A stretch of 59,105 nucleotides of DNA, counting the filler. It is 6 parts of 6 records of this genome, joined end to end, with 100 filler letters (N's around TTAATTAATTAA, not from the genome) between each part and the next. Parts side by side here need not be neighbours in the genome. Positions count along the whole stretch, not along the records: positions 31,318 to 39,559 come from SRR22947725_968; positions 39,660 to 53,149 come from SRR22947725_969; 4 more parts are not named here. One strand, 5' to 3'. Under the pieces are notes generated by a model, which ran no database searches, was not told the DNA's origin, and saw only the letters and a list, made by a program, of their open reading frames with translations. Of the stretch, positions 32,160 to 40,074 are shown piece by piece. Position 1 is the stretch's first letter. Each line of letters starts with the position of its first letter. The position numbers were made by a program, and so were the translations under genes.

Positions 32160-33403
32160 TGACAAAGTTTGAGATAAACCAGATTGATGTAAGGGGTGAT
32201 GGAAAAGTCATCCTGTATCAACGACCCGACAGTAGAGGTGGGAAGTGGCAGGCTAGAATAAGTGTTGAGGGTTCTACTGGTTACAAACGTATAAGTACCA
32301 AAATGTCTGATGCGAAAGATGCAGAACGAGTTGCATTAGACAAATACTTTGAGTTGAAAAACAAAGTTGATAAGGGTGGTTCTCTCAAAGGAATAACAGT
32401 CAAACAAGTTTTTGATGAGTGGGTTGCACACCTACCTTTGGTTACGCAAGACAGAAACCCAGACTACATCAAGGAAACCATTCATAAGGTACAACGCATT
32501 TGCGTTGAGTATTTCAAGAACAAACCAATCGGCGAAATCACCAACACGGAAATCCGTGAGATGTTTGGTACATATCAAACCAATGCAACCAAACAACTTG
32601 CGAGTGCAACACTTCGTGGGGCTCGTGCATCACTAAACCTGTTCTTCAAGTTCGCAGTTGAAAACGACTACCTTGATTCAATCCCTACAATCCCTGTTCC
32701 ATCACTAAAGAAGAATCCTCGTCCAGAGTTCAACAAAGACGAATGGAACAAACTAACCACCTATATGCGTGATTGGGTTGAAGAACCCTGTAAGGGTGAA
32801 AGAGGATTGAATGGTTATGACAGAAAAAGACATAGAGAACGGTTCTACCTTCAACACTACCTTCTTATTATGTCCAACACTGGCATTCGCATTGGTGAAA
32901 TGAGGAACGTTCGTTGGGTGGATTTAGACAAAGTTGAAACTAATGACGGAGAACAGAGACTTCTATTTTCTGTTGACGGAAAAACAGGTAAACGAGATGT
33001 CATCGCCAATGCTGGTGTAGAGAACTACATAAGACGGATTTACGAATATAGAAAAGATGAACTTGGTGTGAGTGATGACAAGTTCGACAGAACTGAAATC
33101 ATATTCTGTCATCCAAATGGAAAACGGATTGGAACTTACAGAGGTTCGTTTGAGACACTTCTCAAAGATACAAAGTTGAGGACTGACAACAACGGAAACA
33201 ACAGAACCCTCTATTCCTTGCGTCACACCTACGCAACTATGCGTATCAATGAAGTTCCCATCTATCAGTTAGCCGTGAATATGGGAACATCTGTAGAAAT
33301 GATTGAGGATTACTACTCACACGCAAAAGTAAGAGATAAAGAGTTTGCGTCCAGTATGACAAAAGGAAACCAGAAGGGTTCAAGGAAAGCATTACCGTTC
33401 TAA
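32159..33403 (+). CDS. Tyrosine recombinase / phage-type integrase
   Basis: Arm-binding N-terminus (KWQARI), TGIRIGE, GKTG, YSLRHTYA, MGTS.EMI..YY. Confidence 0.92.
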   Translation: MTKFEINQIDVRGDGKVILYQRPDSRGGKWQARISVEGSTGYKRISTKMSDAKDAERVALDKYFELKNKVDKGGSLKGITVKQVFDEWVAHLPLVTQDRNPDYIKETIHKVQRICVEYFKNKPIGEITNTEIREMFGTYQTNATKQLASATLRGARASLNLFFKFAVENDYLDSIPTIPVPSLKKNPRPEFNKDEWNKLTTYMRDWVEEPCKGERGLNGYDRKRHRERFYLQHYLLIMSNTGIRIGEMRNVRWVDLDKVETNDGEQRLLFSVDGKTGKRDVIANAGVENYIRRIYEYRKDELGVSDDKFDRTEIIFCHPNGKRIGTYRGSFETLLKDTKLRTDNNGNNRTLYSLRHTYATMRINEVPIYQLAVNMGTSVEMIEDYYSHAKVRDKEFASSMTKGNQKGSRKALPF

Positions 33404-33612
33404 TGATTTACAAAACACTTGAAGATGCAATCACAGTCGCAAAAGGTTTTGCAGATGCATTTGATATGGACGGTTGCGTGAAGATTACCTCGGCACCAGA
33501 GGGTGGATATGAACTCTAAGGAGCTTTTCCGAATAAATAAATTAAATATTATTGTAAATGATAAATATTGTTGGATACTAATTATAAAAATCATTATCAC
33601 AGGGAAAAACAA

Positions 33613-34086
33613 ATGTCCGAAACACGCCACAGAACCTATCACTTACTAGGTAGCCTTATTAAGTTTCATGCATTTCCGGAGGAGACTGGAGGAGGATGTG
33701 GGATCGTAGAGATCATGACTGCTCCGGGAGCAGGTGCTCCACCACACAAGCATCCGGGCGAAGACGAGAATTTCTTTGTTCTCGACGGCCAGTTCGAGTT
33801 CGATCTCGATGGAAAGAAACTAGATGTTGGGACCGGCGATTTCGTCAAGATTCCAGACGGTAGAGTTCATGCTTTCAAATGCGTCGGTGACAAACCCGGG
33901 CGTCTACTGAACGTGACTTCGCCCGGCACCATGCACGAGGTATTTTTCACCCAAGCGGGTGATCCTGTCCCGGAAGGAACGGTCGAATTTCCGGCGACTG
34001 ACGGCCCTCCGGATCTCGACCGCATCATGACCATTGCCGATCGGATCGGACTGACTATCCTCAAACCGGAAGGTTCTGCACCATAG
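33613..34086 (+). CDS. Cupin domain protein (quercetin dioxygenase-like)
   Basis: PPHKH..EDE.FFVLDG and G..V.IP...HAF metal motifs. Confidence 0.88.
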   Translation: MSETRHRTYHLLGSLIKFHAFPEETGGGCGIVEIMTAPGAGAPPHKHPGEDENFFVLDGQFEFDLDGKKLDVGTGDFVKIPDGRVHAFKCVGDKPGRLLNVTSPGTMHEVFFTQAGDPVPEGTVEFPATDGPPDLDRIMTIADRIGLTILKPEGSAP

Positions 34087-34270
34087 TTAAGTGTCGAACG
34101 ACTGGAAATGTTGCGATACGATATGAAAGAAGATATGTCTGACTTAAACGTAATCAACTCTATTGTGCGACACTAATGACTATCTTTCCCTACCAAAATC
34201 CTAATGTTTGTATGACGTGCAAACGATGGAACAGAAAACAATATTATCAAAACCAATATCAAAACTCTCA

Positions 34271-36040
34271 TCATCCAACACCTCTCACTGAAGCCCACAT
34301 TTCCAGTTCATCCAAGTTTATATCTTCATGGAAAAGTGTTTCGTTAGAAACCCTCTCCTCAACTTTCAACTTCTCATATCTATCTTTGGATTTCTTCATC
34401 CACCAATCCACCCATTCAGCTGAGATTGGTAATAGTTCCTTTTCAGGCACTCTGTCGCAGAGGAAATCAACTGCATTCTCATAGAGAGAAAAGATAAACA
34501 CCCCTCGTTTATGTGAGTGGGTGTATTCTTTTGTTGGCACACTGATGAACCGATAAACTGCACTCAACATTCCTTGTGTTGGTGAGGTTTTATTATTCAC
34601 CTCTTCGTAAGTGCGAGGGTGATTTTCCATCAACCAGTTCCGCCAATAACTCCATTCATCTCGTAGTGGTTTCAACAACATTGCGCCACTGGATGTTCCC
34701 AAGTTCTTCCACCACTTCATCCCACTATATTGAGAGTGAGAACCGTGGAGACTTGTAGTCATAATGGATACAACTTTGGTTTTGTAATGACCTTCCCATT
34801 CATCAATCATTCTATGTGCAATAAGGGATATAAACTTCCCACCTAATCTATCGTGTCCAAATGGTTGAGTAGGACAACAGACATTCATATTCACAAGATG
34901 TTCTCTGTTCTTGGCACGTTGTTCAGTAGTCCAACCTATGAAGTCATCCCTTACCTTCAACGAATGACTGTCACTACGGAAAGACACTATCCCAAGAAGT
35001 CTAAATCCATTCTCGTTATGGAAACCCACATAGGATGACATCTTGCGTCCTGGGCCATCTAAATGTTCCTGTGAATGAATAGATACACGGATGATGTTCC
35101 ATAGTTGTTTGGACAGAAGGACACCAGTTTTCTTACACTTGTGTTTTCCATTCGCAACGATGACTTCAACATTTAATATTGCGTCATCATTATTCCAAAA
35201 CGTTGCAAGTTCTTCACTGGATGGTAGGAATGATTTTGCAGTCGCAATCTCTTTTGGGGAAACATCCAAATGTTCCAACTCATCCTGTTTTTGGACGAGC
35301 ATAAGACTTCTACTGTCCATCTTCTTCATTCGTTCTAAATGTTCAATCAACTCCATTCTTCTATCTTCACTTACACCAGACAGTTCTAATGAATATGGGT
35401 AAGTGGTTTTGAGAACATCCATCACCTCATTCATATTTGGTGTTTTCTCTTTGATGAGTTTTTGGAACGAAGATTGAAACTCTGTGGCAGAGGATTTCTT
35501 ATTGATTAGATACTTTGATTTGATGACTTCATAAGCCGCAGAAACAGAAATCTCACCTTTATCAATCCTAACAATCAAATCTGGTTCATAGTTGGATATG
35601 GATTGCAGTTGTTTCAGTCTTGTCGCACCCACACCCAGACGTTGCGACAACTCCAACACCATCTTCAATCGTTGTCCTTTATTCTTCTCATCCCTGTTCT
35701 TGGATGCATTCCTTCCTCTACCAACAATATCCCTCAACTCTTTTTCAAGGAAACGAGCCTCGTTTAGAATGTCACTTGAAGTCTTTTGACGATGACGGTT
35801 GTGTTCAATGAGTGCGATGATTTCATTGTCTGGTTCAACAATACGAACTTCGCATTCATTCCAACCAAGTTCTTCCATCGCCGCAAACCTACGATGTCCA
35901 GAAATAATGCGATTGTCTTTGGTGATTGCGATTGGTTCTAACTGTCCAAATGATGAAAGACTGTTTTTCAAGTCGTTCAAATCAGTGGGTTGATAGATAC
36001 GGTTATTGTCTGGGTGTGATTTCAGTTCTTCCAATCGCAT
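34271..36040 (-). CDS. ParB-N/HTH domain fused to DruA (DUF4338)-like domain
   Basis: N-terminal L..HP.N..IY...L..S...GQLEPI...IISGHRR (ParB-N); HTH-like LSQRLGVG; C-terminal R.D.FIGW, PTQPFG...LGGK, TTSLHG..SQYSG..W..LG.SSG as in DUF4338. Confidence 0.75.
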   Translation of the reverse strand: MRLEELKSHPDNNRIYQPTDLNDLKNSLSSFGQLEPIAITKDNRIISGHRRFAAMEELGWNECEVRIVEPDNEIIALIEHNRHRQKTSSDILNEARFLEKELRDIVGRGRNASKNRDEKNKGQRLKMVLELSQRLGVGATRLKQLQSISNYEPDLIVRIDKGEISVSAAYEVIKSKYLINKKSSATEFQSSFQKLIKEKTPNMNEVMDVLKTTYPYSLELSGVSEDRRMELIEHLERMKKMDSRSLMLVQKQDELEHLDVSPKEIATAKSFLPSSEELATFWNNDDAILNVEVIVANGKHKCKKTGVLLSKQLWNIIRVSIHSQEHLDGPGRKMSSYVGFHNENGFRLLGIVSFRSDSHSLKVRDDFIGWTTEQRAKNREHLVNMNVCCPTQPFGHDRLGGKFISLIAHRMIDEWEGHYKTKVVSIMTTSLHGSHSQYSGMKWWKNLGTSSGAMLLKPLRDEWSYWRNWLMENHPRTYEEVNNKTSPTQGMLSAVYRFISVPTKEYTHSHKRGVFIFSLYENAVDFLCDRVPEKELLPISAEWVDWWMKKSKDRYEKLKVEERVSNETLFHEDINLDELEMWASVRGVG

Positions 36041-36241
36041 TGTGTCACTCCAAAAGAAGTATGGTTCATACCTGTTTTATCATTTTGGATAGCACAAAGC
36101 TAGGGTGTTCTAAAGTCTTTTGGGAATAGGCATCAAAAAGTCGCAGAAAACGGTGATTCATTTTGACTGAAAAGAGGTGTTCTCAACCACATACTTTGGA
36201 ACACATTTTGATAAACTCATCTTTTATAATAGATTGATAGG

Positions 36242-37738
36242 ATGAAACGATTTGGTAATAAATCACTACGGAAAACGATACGAATATTGGTTTATCCAAA
36301 CATTACGTTCAATAGCCGTGGACAGGACATTGAGAACGACAGTTATGTTCAAGTAATCAAAAAACAGATTTCAATGTTGAACGAGATTAGAAACGATTTG
36401 TGGTTCTATCTAGTTCTTCCAAAAGAGGTGAAATCTCTATCCTTTCCAAATGTCACTCAACTTCATTACCCATTGCCAACATATCCACCAACAATGCGTT
36501 CACATTTCAACGTGGATAGATTCAAGAAACTTGTTCCCCACAGTTTAGATTTTGATTTGGTTTATTCGCATTTGCCCGAACAAACTCACGCAATCAAAAA
36601 CACAATGTTCAATCTCACCCACCACACACCAAACGTGTTTGGGTATTGTCACTGGTTTGACTTGAAAGAAGTCGTGTCGTGGAATGTCGACAGTTTCTTA
36701 CAGAACATCACTGGATTGCTAGAATGTCATCGTGTCTATCTCAACACACAACATCAAAAAGATATGGTGTTGAAACAGGCAAGTGAACATTTCAACCAAA
36801 AGACAATCAATCGGTTGAATGAAATCTTACAGGTTCATCACTTAGGCATAGATAAGAAGGATGTTGTAAACCGTATCAATACCAAACCAGACAAGGTGAT
36901 TGTGTTCAATCATCGCCCAGATACCTACAAAAACTACAAAGGGTTCATTTCAGTTTGTGATGTTCTGTGGAAACAAAGACAAGATTTCAGGGTTTGGGTG
37001 CCACTTTTAGATGGAACGCCCAACCGTCCTTACCTCACAAACGAGAGAGGTGATAAAGAGTTCTATTACGAGAAGTTGAAGTCCTGTTGTGTAGGGTTCT
37101 CTCCCAAACAAACCTATGGTGGTTGGAGTGTGGCAACGACTGATGGGATGATGAATGGTGTTCCTTACATTATGTTCAATGACACCTATTACGAGGAACT
37201 TTATTCGGGGGCTGATTTCTTCACCAAAAACGATGATGCAGTTGCATTATTGAATAGATATTTGGATGACACCAAATACAGAAACCAAAAAGCACGAGAG
37301 ACATTATCGCACTGTAAGAAGAACCTGATTTATTCTTCTAATATTTTGGAACTCAGCAACTACATAGACAGTCTTGTTTTAGAACTTCCTAAAACAGTTG
37401 GTTCTCACCTCAATGAAGATACAGATGTTTTAGACGACCTGTTTCGGTTGATTAGAAATGCAGGACGAAGAAAAACACCTGTTGGTTATACAAAGGAAGA
37501 ACTTTTCAAGACGAGGGGTTGGGGTAGAGGTATGAAGTGGACGCAATACCGTCAACGACTTCTATCGCACGGTGCAATCTATGATGTTGGTGAAGAAACG
37601 CCAATGTATGTGTTCTCTCCAAATGACAATCACAAAGGCGATTTGGAATATGAAATCTGGTTGGAACTAGTAAAGAGACAGGACAAACGAGATAAGAAGA
37701 TTATGTCCAAGTTACGAAATACCAGAATCCAACATTGA
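36242..37738 (+). CDS. Phage-type GT-B glycosyltransferase with C-terminal extension
   Basis: RILVYPN first strand, D.D.VYSHLPE, GYCHW, IVFNHR...YK, GGWSVATTDGMM.GVP (GT4-like donor motif). Confidence 0.72.
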   Translation: MKRFGNKSLRKTIRILVYPNITFNSRGQDIENDSYVQVIKKQISMLNEIRNDLWFYLVLPKEVKSLSFPNVTQLHYPLPTYPPTMRSHFNVDRFKKLVPHSLDFDLVYSHLPEQTHAIKNTMFNLTHHTPNVFGYCHWFDLKEVVSWNVDSFLQNITGLLECHRVYLNTQHQKDMVLKQASEHFNQKTINRLNEILQVHHLGIDKKDVVNRINTKPDKVIVFNHRPDTYKNYKGFISVCDVLWKQRQDFRVWVPLLDGTPNRPYLTNERGDKEFYYEKLKSCCVGFSPKQTYGGWSVATTDGMMNGVPYIMFNDTYYEELYSGADFFTKNDDAVALLNRYLDDTKYRNQKARETLSHCKKNLIYSSNILELSNYIDSLVLELPKTVGSHLNEDTDVLDDLFRLIRNAGRRKTPVGYTKEELFKTRGWGRGMKWTQYRQRLLSHGAIYDVGEETPMYVFSPNDNHKGDLEYEIWLELVKRQDKRDKKIMSKLRNTRIQH

Positions 37739-37989
37739 AGTAGCCCACCCGCCTAGAACTGACAACTCTTTGCCAATCTATAAAGAATGCAAGTACCTAA
37801 AGAGATATGACACTCCCCCAAATCGTAGTGTGACATATCTGCACTACCCCCCAAAAAAATGCGATTTCAGTGATTTTTTTTCATCAGAAACGCATTTCAA
37901 CGCACTCCATTCTTATAAATAAATGTGAGTGGACAGTGATGAGAAACACCACTGTCCGTTACAAACACACATTATATTGGAGGCAGGAA

Positions 37990-38295
37990 ATGAAGAACCA
38001 TTCCCAACAACTATTTATACAACTCATCAAGACAATACAGGATGTAGAAAAAAGAAATGACGCATTAGAGTTCACTATTGGAAGAAAACTTCCAAACCGA
38101 TGTGAAAATCTAAAACTAGCCGCAAGGGAAATGAACCTACGAGGTATTCGCAACTCTAAAGGTGGACGTATCACCCACGCATATCTACGGAAGTTAGTCA
38201 CCAGAGTTAGTCAAAACTTCAAGGACAATCACTGTCCTGAGTTTGTTGAGGACTTTCCAGAGACATTCTTAGGTATGCAATCAAGTGGACTGTAG
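37990..38295 (+). CDS. Small protein with a stand-alone recombinase-type DNA-binding motif
   Basis: AGGCAGGA ribosome-binding site; AAREMNLRGIRNSKGGRIT...LRKLV.R resembles the A..LN..GI....G..W....V..IL motif of serine integrase recombinase domains. Confidence 0.55.
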   Translation: MKNHSQQLFIQLIKTIQDVEKRNDALEFTIGRKLPNRCENLKLAAREMNLRGIRNSKGGRITHAYLRKLVTRVSQNFKDNHCPEFVEDFPETFLGMQSSGL

Positions 38296-38334
38296 AAAGT
38301 TGTCACACTTGTCACATTTGCAGACTAACTAGCT

Positions 38335-38586
38335 ATGTTAGGGTTCAATAAGGATTCATTAGAATCAGATGATACTAATCATCTTTATGACTGTTCATTG
38401 AATCCTTGTAGATATTGTTCATCAATAGAACCGTGCGAAGCAGTTGATGCGGTAGCATCAATCTCTATTACATCTATATGTCCATTCTTTTGGAAACCTA
38501 TTCCTCAAAATGAAGATGAGATGAATGAACAGATGCGTCTGTTTTATGAACAGTGTGACTATGAAGAATGGGCTAAAGAAGGCTGA
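38335..38586 (+). CDS. Hypothetical Cys-rich ORF (may be incidental over a structured region)
   Basis: ORF track; overlaps the hairpin cluster; no clear ribosome-binding site. Confidence 0.35.
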   Translation: MLGFNKDSLESDDTNHLYDCSLNPCRYCSSIEPCEAVDAVASISITSICPFFWKPIPQNEDEMNEQMRLFYEQCDYEEWAKEG

Positions 38587-38641
38587 ACCATACCTCTTTT
38601 AGAAACATAAATAGATTGATGAAGATAAGGAGTAAGCATTT

Positions 38642-38824
38642 ATGAAATATGACTATCAATACCCACTGCGAATGACGAATGACTTGAGAACAGAGATTAC
38701 TGAACTCGCAAGTCAGTTAGATATAAATCCAAGTGATTATATGCGGAAAACTTTGCAGAGAAATGTCCAACAGGACAGACAACAACTTCAGTCAACAGAC
38801 AATCACCTCGTATTTTTGCGGTGA
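38642..38824 (+). CDS. Ribbon-helix-helix (CopG/Arc-like) protein
   Basis: AAGGAG ribosome-binding site; strand QYPLRM, helix DLRTEITELA..L, then NPSDYMRKTL. Confidence 0.7.
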   Translation: MKYDYQYPLRMTNDLRTEITELASQLDINPSDYMRKTLQRNVQQDRQQLQSTDNHLVFLR

Positions 38825-38917
38825 TAGTCTGGTGGCGGAACATTTTACAAAAACACATAAAAAATAGGAACGATTGGTGTTCCTAAACCATTATATAACG
38901 AGAAAAGAAATAGATTT

Positions 38918-39103
38918 ATGAGTGATAAACCAGAACTTACATACGACAAGATATGCCAACAAATCGGAAAACAACGGATAGCTAGAAATCCAAAAACTCG
39001 TTTTGGAATCCAGCTGGAGAAAACCAAACCAGAAGAAGAGGTAGTTCTTGCACTACACGATGGTGTTGAGTGGTTGGATATAAGTCAGGAGAAATCCAAA
39101 TGA
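38918..39103 (+). CDS. Small hypothetical protein
   Basis: ORF whose stop overlaps the next start (ATGA). Confidence 0.55.
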   Translation: MSDKPELTYDKICQQIGKQRIARNPKTRFGIQLEKTKPEEEVVLALHDGVEWLDISQEKSK

Positions 39104-39333
39104 GTGACGCAATAGAATTCTTGATGCACCAACATCAACAACAAACAGAGTTTCAACGCAAACAAAGACTAGTCAGGGATAGAGAGAATGCAGTCCTTGA
39201 ACGACAGACTACTACTAAGCACACCACCATCCCAAATATGACTGATGCAATGAAACAGGTGCGTTCAGTCTCACCAGATTACCCAGAGGAGTACAAGGAC
39301 TTCATAAGAAGAACCTCTGGCAGACCTGTTTGA
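39100..39333 (+). CDS. Small hypothetical protein
   Basis: AGGAG ribosome-binding site; ATG at 39100 coupled to the upstream stop. Confidence 0.6.
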   Translation: MSDAIEFLMHQHQQQTEFQRKQRLVRDRENAVLERQTTTKHTTIPNMTDAMKQVRSVSPDYPEEYKDFIRRTSGRPV

Positions 39334-39388
39334 TACACAAAAGAGAATGACGTAACTCTCCTCCCTGAGTGTGATTTGTTATGAAATG

Positions 39389-39423
39389 AAACCCCTCGTA
39401 GGATGTCTTATGAGGGGTTTTGT
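39389..39423 (+). terminator. Rho-independent terminator of the small-ORF operon
   Basis: AAACCCCTCGTAGGA-TG-TCTTATGAGGGGTTT stem (with G-U pairs) ending in a T-run. Confidence 0.75.
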
Positions 39424-39526
39424 GTATCCAACCCATAACGATACTCCAGAGACATTGAACACCCTTTAGAACATCACAAAACTTCATTATCCATAAGTTC
39501 TATGTTACACAATCAGTGTAGTGAAT

Positions 39527-39559
39527 GGTCTCGTAGCTCATCAGGATAGAGCGCAAGAT
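39527..39559 (+). tRNA. tRNA-Arg (probably CCT), 5' fragment cut by contig end
   Basis: GGTCTCG-TA-GCTC-ATCAGGATA-GAGC-G-CAAGA-T: acceptor strand, D-arm with Arg identity base A20, anticodon stem start; anticodon not visible. Confidence 0.75.
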
Positions 39560-39659
39560 NNNNNNNNNNNNNNNNNNNNNNNNNNNNNNNNNNNNNNNNN
39601 NNNTTAATTAATTAANNNNNNNNNNNNNNNNNNNNNNNNNNNNNNNNNNNNNNNNNNNN
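39560..39659. other. Artificial contig linker
   Basis: N-run, TTAATTAATTAA, N-run. Confidence 0.98.
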
Positions 39660-40070
39660 TATACAATACCAAACATTTCTACCTTTACCAAACTCACCAG
39701 GAGCTAAACCTTTTTCAGAAAGCTCTTTATCAAGCTCCATGAGTCTCGGGCCATCATTCCATAAAATTGAAAAGGGAGTTTTTAACTTCTTAAAAAAGTT
39801 AAATGCTTTTATATATTCTTCTCTATTTGCTCTGTCTAATCCTATAACAATATGATTTAAAAATTTAATTTTATTTATTTCGTCTATAATTTTAGGAAGT
39901 GCTTTTCCATTTATCTCTGAAAACAAACAAGGAAGTATTAATTCCATAGGATTTGTATTTGAAAATTCTATTAGGTCTTTCTCTAGCTTTTGATAATTAT
40001 CATATGCTGACGTACCATAAGAAAAATCATGTAAGTTTGCTACAATACCATTTTGATAAAAACTACCCAT
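39660..40070 (-). CDS. gpgS: Glucosyl-3-phosphoglycerate synthase (cyanobacterial/Persephonella type), 3' truncated
   Basis: M..FYQNG....LH, L.LPCLFSE, IVIGLDRA, LWNDGPR, GKGRNVW; adjacent to the phosphatase. Confidence 0.75.
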
Positions 40071-40074
40071 TTTT

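Larger units (their letters stand above)
31318..39559. mobile_element. Capsid-less integrative element (phage satellite/ICE-like) adjacent to tRNA-Arg; left end missing
   Basis: Resolvase, tyrosine integrase, phage-like cargo, small DNA-binding ORFs, terminal tRNA fragment; no structural genes in the visible part. Confidence 0.75.

Noticed and set aside
34271-36040. Complete Druantia system
   Set aside because: No DruE helicase or other Dru genes in the contig; only a DruA-like domain
36041-36241. LexA (SOS) box in the divergent promoter
   Set aside because: GTTC motifs are present but not with the GTTC-N7-GTTC spacing; only a loose GTGTTC...GAACAC inverted pair
31318-39559. Intact prophage
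   Set aside because: No capsid, portal, terminase, tail or lysis genes visible, although the left end is truncated
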